A stretch of DNA of 59,793 bases, the filler included, from Perkinsus olseni (taxonomy: Eukaryota), in NCBI GenBank assembly GCA_013115125.1. It is 9 parts of 9 records of this genome, joined end to end, with 100 filler letters (N's around TTAATTAATTAA, not from the genome) between each part and the next. Parts side by side here need not be neighbours in the genome. Positions count along the whole stretch, not along the records: positions 1 to 6,603 come from JABANN010001084.1; positions 6,704 to 13,306 come from JABANN010001085.1; 7 more parts are not named here. One strand, given 5' to 3'. Each line of letters begins with the position of its first letter. The first letter of the stretch is position 1. Positions 1-11,657 of this stretch are shown in pieces. The position numbers and the translations under genes were made by a program. The notes under the pieces are model-generated. The model saw only the letters and a list, made by a program, of their open reading frames with translations, was not told where the DNA came from and made no database searches.

Positions 1-140
1 GTCGAAACCGTCACGCTGGATGGAATTATACTGGACGAATTTATACTGGACGCACAGAGATGGACGAGTTGCACCTTTGGGTGAGATGACCACTGGACGA
101 ATTCATACTGGATCAGTTGAGATACACCCACTTTTTTCTA

Positions 141-195
141 GTTTGGTCGGCTGGTTAGGCCGTCTGGCTCACACGCTCGAGGCCTCGGGTTCGAT
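141..195 (+). pseudogene. Degenerate tRNA-Val(CAC)-like fragment
   Basis: D-loop-like TGGTTAGG, anticodon loop CTCACAC (168-174), then AGGCCTCGGGTTCGAT (T-loop). Stems pair poorly and the 3' acceptor strand is missing. Confidence 0.45.
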
Positions 196-522
196 GAATG
201 ACTCCTTTAAGAAGGGTTCTTGAACCTCCAGAAGCTGAGGGTTTAAAGAATCCTTCTTAAGGTTCTTAAAGGAGGATTTTGAAAGCCGTTAAGGCAAAAT
301 TTGGCGGTTTCACGCGTAAGAAGCTCAAGAATGCTTCGTTAAAGAGAATTTTAAAATAGGACCCTGAGTTGCTCTATTGAGCGCGGGGATTGTTAAACAC
401 AAGCAGTCATCGCCACGGTCGTCGCTGGAGTTTGCAATTGTTATCATGACAATCACTCACGTTATCAAACAACTGTGGTGTTGCCTACGAAGTGGCTCCC
501 ACCAGACTTCCATTTGTAGGCG

Positions 523-918
523 CTATTGAAGTAGTTTTCCGACATCTGGTAGAACTATGCGAATATCCGTATATCCGAGGCCTGTATCTTCGAACTCCCT
601 TCCCTCCACCTTCGCTGCCTCGACGGCATCATCACAGCTCAAGTGAACCCTGTCACAGAGACTCTCAAACGTCCCAAATTGATTGTTAACAGCCTCCACA
701 GTGCCCCAACACAGGGTCTCCACCAGGTCATCGGTGTCCAAGTTTGCGGACTGCAAGGCGGTCAGAAAGGGTAGCATGTTGATATCTTCAAGCGGGTCCA
801 GTCCGGTGCCGAAGGAAGGGGGCTCTCGGAAGTTCATCACCCAGTCCGCGTGTTCAAAAGGGTAAAAGCTGTTATAATGCTTCACAACGTTGCGAGGCCA
901 GTGACTACAACAAAGCAC
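523..918 (-). CDS. Hypothetical protein (3' exon), homologous to the gene at 43238-43954
   Basis: FREPPSFGTGLDPL...CWGTVEAVNNQFGTFESLCDRVHLSCDDAVEAAKVEGREFE aligns by eye with FDEPPPDETGLDPL...CDSVISAIKEQYGSYRQLCVRNYHDAQGAIDAARDAGWSFE. Upstream exons are unresolved. Confidence 0.55.
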   Translation of the reverse strand: MLCCSHWPRNVVKHYNSFYPFEHADWVMNFREPPSFGTGLDPLEDINMLPFLTALQSANLDTDDLVETLCWGTVEAVNNQFGTFESLCDRVHLSCDDAVEAAKVEGREFEDTGLGYTDIRIVLPDVGKLLQ

Positions 919-1240
919 GGGAGTAGGTCGCAGCGATGCTATGAAGAAGTATAGGACCTACTAGAGGCTCGAGAATGCTGTCCGAGATCGAGTCCTGGGA
1001 CAGATGATTCCACTCAGGCGTGGCACGCCCGTATGCTGAACGACAAGGTGAAGGCCTTCGCTGTTCTCTTGCATGTCCTTGCCGTTGCTGTACTTGCAGA
1101 TGACACTGTTTCCATCGTCGGAGAGGCGTGAATCCTGTTGCAGAAGGAGGGCCTGTGAGTGGAAGGGTGGCCGAATAATAATCCGACCGAAGCGAAGAGC
1201 ATTCAGAGAGGAAGCGGCGAGGGTGCTCAAGGAGCCAATT

Positions 1241-1436
1241 GTGGATTCCAGAGTTGGTTTTGGAACCGCATCTCAATCGTGAAAATCAAACTCTGAGTTC
1301 GACTCTGAGTTCCAGAGCTTATTGGGGTCTCTCAATAAGGGAAGTCTGAAACTCAGAATCAACTCTGTAACCACATTTTACGTGTGAAAATCAATTCCAG
1401 AATCGATTCTGAGTTCCAGATTCACTTTATTCAACG
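1241..1436. mobile_element. MITE-like foldback repeat (one full and one partial unit)
   Basis: Imperfect inverted repeat CAATAAGGGAAGTCTGAAACTCAGAATC...GATTCTGAGTTCCAGATTCACTTTATT. The reverse complement of ~1342-1436 aligns with 25445-25540 on another contig. Confidence 0.55.
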
Positions 1437-4400
1437 CAAAATGTGCAGCCATTGGGCCGCTCTCCGGTCGGACGATCTCCTTACCGCGGTTTTCGGGACG
1501 AAGATTGCTACAGCCGCCGCCATCATGACGAAGATCTGCCTACTGCCCGGTGGTCGAGACATGAGGCATTGGACTGTACGTAAAGGCACAACGCTCAGAA
1601 ATCAGGTATCAATCTCAAATTACCCAGTGGTTTGATGATCAGTCGAAGTTTGAATACCAAAAATCCACCGTATCATACCTGTTTTTAAGCTATTACCAGC
1701 ACGTCTCCCATGAATGGTTAAGTAAGTTACAAAATCGAGCAAGCCGTGGCGAAAAGGTGAGTTACATATCGTTTGTTTCACACTGTAGATGTTTGTTGCG
1801 TGTCCCAAAAGATTTACCCAAATACCAAAATTGGAGTTACCAAATTGGTAACTCGGTAATCGGCCTTGTGATGGTCGCGTTTTGATAATGGTATGATCTG
1901 GTAATACCAAAACAATCGAAGTTGCTTCCATGCTTTCCATTCAGTGGCCACGGGTTTATGTACTAGATCACTACTAGCAGCGGCGCTCGAAAGCTGGAAT
2001 TCCAGCATGTCGGTTTTCGAGCGCTTTCAGGGAAGTGTCGAAGGTCTTTTCCCAGCTCTTACTTGACTATGGCCTTCGCGCCTGGGAAGCTTCGGCCGGG
2101 TCAGCAAGGTCCACCTGGGCTGGTGACACAGAAGATACTCCGACGAGCGGGGCAGGAGGCCCATCCAATACAGCTGTCGAAGGCTACCAAGCAGGTCCTT
2201 GCGGAGAGAGTCATCGGCAAGATCGATGCGAGAAGGTGCGTGCGTGCGACATCGGGTTGTCGAACGCGGGCCGATGCTGGAGATGGGGCATTCGGACGTT
2301 TTGTGAGTATCTCATTAAAGCGAGTAATGAGTGTGCTCAAGGAAGTCTGTGTATTCCCAATGGTGGACAAACTCCTCGTGAGAAGCGCTTGTTTTATTTT
2401 GAAGTAGCGCGGGAGCTGTTATCGACAGCGCGCCAAAACTTGAGAATCATTTATCACTGCTCAGGTCGTCCGAGGATAGTCGGGCATCGAGGGAAGGAGT
2501 AAGTTATCTTTATTCATTTTATTAGTCGACATACCACACCAATCGCAACTCGTGGCCTCTGCGCTGGTCTACACCTTCCTAATCAGGATTCCCCGGCTGA
2601 TTCGCTTGCTGGAGCACCTCCGAAGGAGAGCAGCGCGAGAAGGTCCGATAAAGTTCGAACCGGGGAATCCTCGAAGCACTTGGAAAGTATTACCGTCGAG
2701 TTCAAGTGTACTTACTTCAACGTTGACTTCCTCTTGCGCATGTGGTTCTGAGAGTCCGATAACTTCAGTCCGACAGCCGAGCACTCAGATACGGGAAAGC
2801 TGGCAGCCCCCGAAGGCGCTCACCATCATCATCACAAACAAAAGCATGGCTCTGATGATGGCCTACCTCCAGTAGCAGAAGCGCTGGTTAGGTTGCTTCA
2901 GGCTAGCCCTTATTGCACTGTACAGGAGGTAGTATGGGCGACCGGGGCAGGGTTGTGCTTCGCGACTGCTTCTGAATGTTATGTCGTCGGGATATACGTT
3001 GTGAGGGGTTGTAGGATGATTTGCTGCTGCATCGAGTATTCTCATGAAAGTAAGATGATTCAGCCTGTAACGAAAGGGTGTCACATGCAATAATGAGGCC
3101 ACTATGCCGCGTGGCTCGAGAACGGCGGTCGAACAATCAAAGTTCTGACCCGGCATCTGAGTACTGTCTCGAGCCCCAGCTGCTCCTGGCAGCAGCATGA
3201 CAGCAGCAGCCTGCTGCTGTCATGTGGCCATACTGGCCCTACTTCTCCGTGTCGCCTTTTCTGCTTCTTCGTTACAGCCAGCTGTATGATAGCGGTACGG
3301 TTCGCTGCTGGCTCGTCGAATTTGAACTCGCGATTGATTCCTAGTGGACGCCGCGGCTCGTTTGCAGGAGCGCGCGCCTCCTCGGAAATTATTTTCGTGC
3401 GGTTCGGATCGGTTAGAAAGAACATTGCCATTATCGTCGTCGTTATCAGTTGGCATCGGGTATCGGTCATGTGCTTCGTAAACATGGCGCGAAGAAGAGC
3501 GCGGATGCCTTCGAGCTGTCCATGCATACCGCTATAGTGTCTTCAAAAGATCCCCTTCCTTCTACTACGCAACAGTCTCCAAGTGAGTCTTCCGGGGTTG
3601 GAGATCATTCTGGCGCGTCAATCGGAGCCGCTTGCGACTGAGCTGCTCGGGATTTGTTGAAAACGTGGTATGAGTTTCTACCGATAACGTTTTCCCGTCA
3701 TTTTAACTCTGTTCGATCATGTATCTGCGGATCTGGGCAGTCAAAATGATAGATTATGCACTGTAACAACGCGACATTGGATAGGATAAGGAGGAGTAGA
3801 TACGCAGGGATACAACAGCTAGGGAAGAGCTCAAGTTTAGGGACAAGGTTTGTGTCACACACGAGTCGTGTGACACGACGCAATGGGACAGTGGAATTAT
3901 AATCATTGTACGGAAATTTTGGTAAACGAAGGTCTTTTTTGAGACCGAAAGTAGTCAAGGATTGCCAATGGCCTTCTTGCCAATATTGAACCCCAAAACT
4001 TGGGGTATGATATTTGAGACACGAATGATGCGAAACCCTGGGAATCTCACTACTGATATTGTTAGGGCGATACACTGTAGAAGGCATTTCATTTTGAACC
4101 AGTGTGGCTGGCGGAGAAAATAAATCCTTGAAAATTTTCGAACAGAAAGATGAAAATTTTCATTGTGTCAGCCACACTGTTTTGAACTGTACAAGACCAT
4201 GTCTTGTGAGGATGATGGTGATTAATCTCGATCTTCCGACTCCTAGATTTTCGCAACAGTTGCTAAGTTCCATTAGCATAATGTGTCAGAACGAAGCAAC
4301 TCTCATGAGCTAGGTGAATGCACAAAACAGAATCAGACATTCTATATATGTGGTGACAGGTGTTAGTGAAACGAAGCAAAGGTTGGAAATTCTGGATGCG

Positions 4401-6603
4401 ATGGCCCGAATGATTTTGGAGTTTGATGATGACCATGGAGACACCTCGCCATGACGTCCACTGTATCCTCTGCTCAAGTTGCTCGGTCCGCAGTGCTGGT
4501 GTTCAGTGGTCAATTCTTCGCATGCGTCCTGTCACTTCATAAGGGCTCGATGCCTACATTACACAATGGAACCCTGTGACCACTAGCTTCATCATACTAG
4601 CGTCGCGTTGTCTACTACCATCATCTCACCTACTCTACTTTCTACCTGCTGTATCTCGTCCACTATGAGCTCTATCTCTACTTATGACCTGCACTACTAT
4701 ATTAGGAATCCAGCAAAAAATTGTTAGCCCCTAACTCACCTGTGTATGCGGTGTTTACAGAGTTCCATTGGGCCGCTGTGGACAGTTCCAAGTTCGGTCG
4801 CCTTATTGCTCGTTGGGAAGACTGATGATAGGACTAGGAAGACAGCAAGACATTGTAGTTTTGATGTAGCTGGTTCCTGCGATGGTCGGGTACATCTCAA
4901 TCTTCATCTCCACTTCGATGCTCATTCCTGCTCATAGTTGTTAACAAGTGTTTTCACCTTCTTTATGAATAATCAGCATACGCTCATGTCCTCTGTGCTA
5001 CTACTCTAGCTCAGCTCATTCGAGTTATCAGTCAAAGACAAGCTCAGATGTATCGCACAGTCGCTGCACTGCAGTGTCTTAGAATTGGACATTGGTTTCA
5101 TTGAAGAACCGAAATGTCGACCTTTCAAGAGCGGCTCAGCCCTGAATGACACCAGAGGAACAATACCGCTCAGAACAGCCCATTTAACTCTGAGCGTCAT
5201 CATTGGCATAACTGTAGAATTCGTACACGAGTGCTGCATGTGAGAGCACATGTAATAGATAATATATTTGAGCATGGCAACCCGCTTCACTTTTGAGTCA
5301 TCAGGCGCAGCAGGCTTCCTCGAGTTCAGGACAACTGTGGCCGTCCAGCATTCTGCAATAGGTGACGATTACGAATGGCCTCATCTGGGGGAGAGAGTCT
5401 CGTATCGGAAGAGAGTGGTTAGCGACTGACCACGTACGGCAAATGGGAATGGGAACTTCTACTTTCGAGAACGCCTCTCGTTTTAGTATTACTAAAACAA
5501 GGCACATTCTCGAAAGTAGTACTAAGCCTTACTAAGCTTACTTGCTTACTAAGCACGGTACTGATTTTTCGCCATCACATGAGGATAAACAATGTGCGAC
5601 GAGCGTGTGGTGAAACAATGCCACCCAAACGGTCGGCCGGAAGCTCTACCTTGCAAGTAAGCGCCGAGGAAACCAGTGAGCCTCGGAACTGTAACGATGA
5701 GAGCAATTCCCATCAGAGAGTTCTATGTCATCGTGGTCTTCACGACTCGACCTTGAGCGTAGCTAAGGATTGCACGTTGTTGTCGGGTTGCCATGAGGAC
5801 ATGCTGCTAAGCGGATGACATGATGTTGAATGCCCTGCTCAAGACAGACGGTTAGCGGAGCGGTGTGTTGTAGAGTTTCTAGTGAATATCATTCAACCAT
5901 GATCAATATTCAGGTCAGTTAAGTCAACTAAGAGCAGGCTCGTTTGGCAACTGGATACCATGTCGTCAGATTCTCTCGAGTGTTCCTCTAACGGAATCCA
6001 GAAGAGAACTTAAACAGCCGAATCTCACTTTGCCGCGCGTCGAAACTTCACTCCTCGGAGGAGCCTTCTCGACGAACTCCGGCTGCTCTGGCCGCTTCTC
6101 AGCGCCTTGTATTCTATGCCCACGGCCCCCACTGCGTCGCTCGCTTCGAGTGCTGCTCGCGACGGGAAATTCTGGCAAAACCCGTTCGTGAACGTCCAGA
6201 AAGTGAGAGTGAAAATCCCGAGATCGATCCGCGAGGTGGTGAACTCTGAGCAGGTGTTTGGAGGCCAGGCTCAGTTGAAGGGTGAGGTGTCGGAGGAGCT
6301 GGATAGGGAGCTGTCGAAGAGGGTTAAGAGGATATATGGAAGCATATCCGCAAATAACTTCATACGCTATCCCGGTGGCAAGAGTACGGTCAAGGCAATC
6401 GATCTTACTGGTGAGTCTAGGGGCGCTTCTGGTGGTAGTGATAGAGTTCTGTGGCATGGATTGACTGTCATTTTGAGGCGTCCACGTTTCCTGATGGATA
6501 CATGCGCCTACTGCCTGACTCACCGACTGCTACTATACCATTCAGAAGTCTATTTGGCGGATAAGGTTGCCGTTGCCTATATGGGGGTCGAGGATATCTA
6601 TAC

Positions 6604-6703
6604 NNNNNNNNNNNNNNNNNNNNNNNNNNNNNNNNNNNNNNNNNNNNTTAATTAATTAANNNNNNNNNNNNNNNNNNNNNNNNNNNNNNNNNNNNNNNNN
6701 NNN
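6604..6703. other. Artificial contig spacer
   Basis: N44-TTAATTAATTAA-N44 (stops in all six frames). Confidence 0.98.
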
Positions 6704-6990
6704 GTGCCTTTTGTAATGAGGGATTGTTGTGCTATGGGGTTGGCTTCCCTCTTGCCGCTCTCAATTCTCCTCTTCTCGTGATCATCGGGCCGTTTCGCTT
6801 TGTAACAAATGCGGGCATGGTAATCGTGCGTGAAATACTCTCATTTTCGGAAGTTTTCGCGCTTAAGAGTCGTATTCATCGCCCTCTTGACGCTCTCCGT
6901 CTCGGCGTTGTATCACTCTGAATGGTTATTAATGAAAGATTTGAGGATTCTATTCCGTAATACGGCCTCGAATGAACGACGTTGATTACG

Positions 6991-7838
6991 GACCTCGGGT
7001 TCGATCCCTGCACTCCATATTTCTCCTCATCTTTAGATACCCAACTTTCGCAGAAGGAGCGTTCACCGAACTAATAGGATGGCTCGCTTGGGGCCGTGAG
7101 TGAATGTTACACCCAAATCGATCAACTGGGCGAGCGCGCATGTCATGTTAATGCTTCTTCGCTCTCTCAGGGTGGAGGATGTTCCGGGTCGACGATACTT
7201 CTCGGGGGTGTTCGACGAGTAAGAGGTGGCCTCTAATGACCGCTGCGCCACGAAATTTTGAGTCGACGATTTTCGGTTCTTTTGTGGAGCAGGTATCCTG
7301 AATCGATGGAAGACTCGGGTCCCGAGTTGTGCCAGAAGGATGGGATGCTTTGGGACCATTTACTCGATCGTGTGACGGCCATGCCTCTTGAGTGATCCGT
7401 GGAGGTTCGATCCCCGGCAGCGCTGTTTTTTTCATGCTCCTGTACTTTGTATTGTCTGGATGTCGATCCTCCATCGCTGCGCCAGTCTTTGGTTGTAGTG
7501 CATAAATGGTCGTGGGGCTATCGGAAGGTCGTGGGTTCGAATCCTACTATCGGTGTTTTGATGCAGCTAAAATGAACGATTCTCCGCCAGCTGAAAGACG
7601 GCGGAAGAAACTAGGCCGGAAAGAACGTCAGAAGGAACAGGTGGGACTGAATTTCGTGGCGCGCGGTCGCGCTAAGACGTATGCCGTAATGCCAAGGATG
7701 GCTAATTTCGTGGCGTGCGGTACTCTGGAAAACCTGACTGAATGTTTCACTAACCCAACGCTCCCGGTACTCGGTTCATAGCGCAGCTTTTGTAATCGAT
7801 AGACCCAGGTTCGACCCTAAGGGTAGAGCTTTTTTTTT
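6991..7838 (+). pseudogene. Cluster of four tRNA 3'-half (T-arm/box B) remnants
   Basis: GGGTTCGATCCC..CTCCA (6991-7017), GGTTCGATCCCCGG..T7 (7401-7432), AAGGTCGTGGGTTCGAATCCTAC..TTTT (7525-7559) and CCAGGTTCGACCC..T-run (7801-7838). No matching 5' halves are recognisable. Confidence 0.5.
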
Positions 7839-10382
7839 CCAGGTCCGCGTTCCCCCGAGCGACAAGAGGTCTATTCCGGTTGACTCCAGCACAGTTGATT
7901 GTGATAAACAGGTCTTTAAAGTCTACGACCAGATCGCCCATCACTTTTCGCACACAAGGTATGATAAAAGCGCGAAACATGCATCGCTTCGCTCCGCTAG
8001 GGGTAGATTTTTTGTCACAGGTACAAGCGTTGGCCGAAGGTGTGGCAGTTCGTTTCTGGTTTCCCTGTCGGTAGCATTGTAGTGGACGTCGGTTGTGGAA
8101 ATGGAAAATATCTAGCGGAGCGAAACAAGTATTCGAATTTTGTCTTCGAATCTCCATTAGCTTTCAGTACAGGCCAATCGATGAAGGGTCGAGGCCGGCG
8201 GGATCGTCAAGCAGCGAGGAAGTGGCGATGAATCAGGAAGCGGTTGACGTTAAAGACGGTAGGAGTTCTCATCAGTCGGTGACCGAACAGTTTGCTCGCG
8301 TGCAAGAAAGGGTTCTTGTATGCTTCGAAACCTCGCGTGGAGCGCGGTTTAGGCTCCCTCGTCCCGCTCGTTGACGGGCCTCCCGGTTATATAGCTAGAG
8401 ACTGCTGGTTGCGATTCTTCGTGAAGCGCCCCTCTTGTTGTTTTCTCGCCACGTTTGCCGGGGTTTTTCCGACGGATCTGATTTGTTTTTCCGTTCGGGA
8501 GGGTCTCCATTTCCCCTGCTGACCTCAGACTTGCTCGGCAAGATGACAGTAACGAGCTTGTGGACGTTGGGGACGGACAGGAGCCCCGTGTTCTGTGAGA
8601 TAGCGGCTGACAGGACTGGATCGGATACCTTTGTGAGTTCTTGAGCAGCGTCACGCGCCACGAAATTAAGGCTTGCTTGCCAGGTGTCTGACTGCAGTCG
8701 AGATGTTTCTAATGCCCTCCGGCCTGGTGTGGCTGATGGGGCGATCTCAATAGCTGTCATCCATCATATTCCTACGGTAAGCGGGTTGGTCGTTCGCGTT
8801 TGTATATTTTATCCGGCCCGCCGACCACTCGACCACTGTGAGTACACGTTCACACATGCTAAGGTGACCTTAGCATTTATGGTAACCTTAGTAAGACTTG
8901 CAAGTGAGCGCAAGATAGCAAGATGTGGCATCGATGGTTTCTAGGTAAACACTAAATCTCTGTCGATAGTATCCTCAGCGTGAGTGAGCCGGCGTGTGAA
9001 TCGTCCACGAGTAGTATACCAGCTCACTGACTCCCAGTGTGTGGATGTTGGCGCTTCTTCTCGGTGGCGACCATCATCGCCTCTCTCGACCTCATTCGAC
9101 TAGTCTCAAAACGAAGAGTTCCACTGCTGAGGTATTCTCTCTCAGGAGGACGGTCGGCTAAACTGTCTCCTTCACATGGTACGTCTGTTGAGGATAGGCG
9201 GACAGGGTTTGGTCTACGCTTGGGCGATGGAACAAGTAGGTCGCCACGGCTAGTGAATAGCATGTTTATACCGTTGGTACTGAAGTACTATGCAAGCACG
9301 GATAGGTACTATTGGTTTACTATTAGCAATACATTTATGCAAGAAAGCTTTTCTACAAAATTATGCCGCATCAATCGTTTTTATCATTTTCCCATTTATT
9401 GCGATTGGGCTTCTGAAACTTGGCATACGGGGTGATCGAGTATGGAAGAGAGAGAACTCGGATCTCGCTCGCCCTAGTGATATAATTTTGTGGAAGGGTT
9501 TACATCCGGAATACTATATTCCGTTCTGGAGGGAGCGGATCCATTGCGCATGCGTGCAATCTCCTCATCGGATCAGAATCTGTTTCCCGCTGTTTCCCAC
9601 AGGTGCAAGGTTCGACGGGAGCTCGGAAATTCCAGAGTCAGGATGTGCTCGTGCCCTGGCATCTTCAGAAAAGATACGAAACCAGCAAGAATGCCGAACG
9701 TAAATCAGTAGTCTGCGTATCGGGTGCGATCTAGTTCGCGGTTTGGCGGGTTATGACGAGAACTCGTGCGTGGTCCCTTGAAGGCAGAAAAAACGTCTTT
9801 TCTGTTCGTTTTTGTGTACAATTTTATCATTAGTTTCATACCTCGCTGTATGCCACAACATAGCTCGGGATGGTGATAGTCTGCATTAAGTAGCATTGAA
9901 TACCATCTCATTCCCAACTCTTCTACCCTTTGAGCGGAACGTTTCTTGTAGCGAATAGTAACGGAATGATTCCGTCATGTACGGGACTCCTTCATTCTCA
10001 GAGTACGCCTCTACCGTGGGGGCCACCAGTAATCCGGAGCTCATCACGTATCATCGCTACTATCACGTCTTCACTGAGGACGAGTTTCGCAATCTGTTCA
10101 GCAAGGTGAGGGAAGAGGAATCTGAGGTCGATGAGGGGTCTGCTCGAGTCGACTTGGGAGAATCTTAAAAGATACCATCTGCCTCACGGCTCCATTGGAG
10201 GTCGGGAAATCTCAGCGTTCGTTAGCAGAACTTGTGGACTCGATTCGCTTTTGAATGGTCGTCAGGTACCGGGCATCCGAGTGGATGAGATCTACTTCGA
10301 CTCCAACAACTGGGCAGCACGGTTTACTAAAGTGCCCCCTTCACCAACACCCGGGGTTGCAGCTACTGATCGAGTATCTTAA
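7572..10382 (+). CDS. TRM9: tRNA wobble-uridine carboxymethyl methyltransferase, Trm9/ALKBH8-like (multi-exon)
   Basis: Spliced exons give VYDQIAHHFSHTRYKRWPKV...VVDVGCGNGKY, GTDRS, DGAISIAVIHH, QDVLVPW, YHRYYHVF and YFDSNNW. Introns include 7641-7842 and 8633-8683. The 7572 start is inferred, and the middle exons (8780-9600) are not fully resolved. Confidence 0.9.
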
Positions 10383-11657
10383 ACGTGTTCCTTCCTACAA
10401 TATTGGGCTTTTGTTCGTCACGAACGGGCTGCGCAACGCAAAACTGGTTATGCGCTTCGCCGTCGGTTCAACAGAGTTCGAGCGCCTTGCGATGGGGAGT
10501 AAGATCTCGTTTAGTGCTACAACTAATCTAGAACTATTTCTGATAAGTGTGGTATCTCTGTAACTATCCCGACCTACAAGCTGTGGTATCGTATGAGAAT
10601 CTTGGCTTCACTAGGGTCTCTGGCAGATACGTCAGATGAGGCGCTTCCACGTCTCGGGACCTGTGAACTTGCTGGCCGCCATCGCGGCGTTAGGGTGTGC
10701 TATTCTCCAGTGGCCCTCCTAGTCAGAGTTTCTGGTATCTGTTTGTTGGGTTATAGTAGTTCAGAGCAACTATATACCATTCTCGCCTCTCACATTGTGT
10801 AGAGAGTCAAACCCAAGCCAAGGCGCTCGTTGTGAGTAGTAGTCGTCACCTTTATACGCGATTCCAGACGACAAAAGACTTGCGCTGTGTTCTTAATCAC
10901 TCGGTCTCTAACACGTGCATGAAGAGATATGTACAAAAACTCACTAGCAGTCGACGGGAACTGGCGATCTTCAGAGGCCGGCCATTAGCCCGGGGCACAT
11001 GAGGAGAGCGAGCGGAGCGCGTGCAGCTAGTATCATGGGATAATCTTGGCGAGGCGATAATAACATCGGTGCGGTCGAGCAAGTGAGAATAGTCTTCTTC
11101 GGCAACAGTTTTCGCGTATAGTATTCTCAGACCACTATACTACGAGGCATGTAAACCCGTTGTGAAGAGGCAGCCATTCTGTATCGCCCGTCGTCTCGCT
11201 GATTTAGTAAACGTAACAACGGTTTTGTTGGGTATTCGGGTGTAGAACCTCGGGTGCCCAAGCACCACCGTTGGAACACAACATATGATAAGAGAGGGAT
11301 GTCTAAAGCTAACGATGTTGCGGAGTTACGATGAAAAGGCGAGACTGATCAAGTCTGCGATGAACAATAAGCTATCGGTCAACAGTCTGGCGTCGCAGGC
11401 GAGAGAACTCGCGACGCTAAAAGCTTGCGCCCGATTGGCGCTTCACTCTCTCTACTTGTGATGGCTTCAAGTACTAGGATGAGATAAAAATCTGTGTATG
11501 TGCGAGTTTATAGTCCGACCCCGATTCCGGCGTAGTTGGACTCTTGCCGATATGCTTAGTCGGTGACACTCTGTAACACTGAAATACGGTGCAATCTGGC
11601 ATCTGACATCTAGAAATCTGGATCGGGCCTGCCTTACGAAGACAGAATCGAAGTTCA

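Noticed and set aside
3102-3527. LGINREFKF..TAIIQLAV resembles the ExoI motif of WRN-type 3'-5' exonucleases
   Set aside because: The catalytic Asp is absent and no ExoII/III motifs were found. The surrounding sequence is fragmented.
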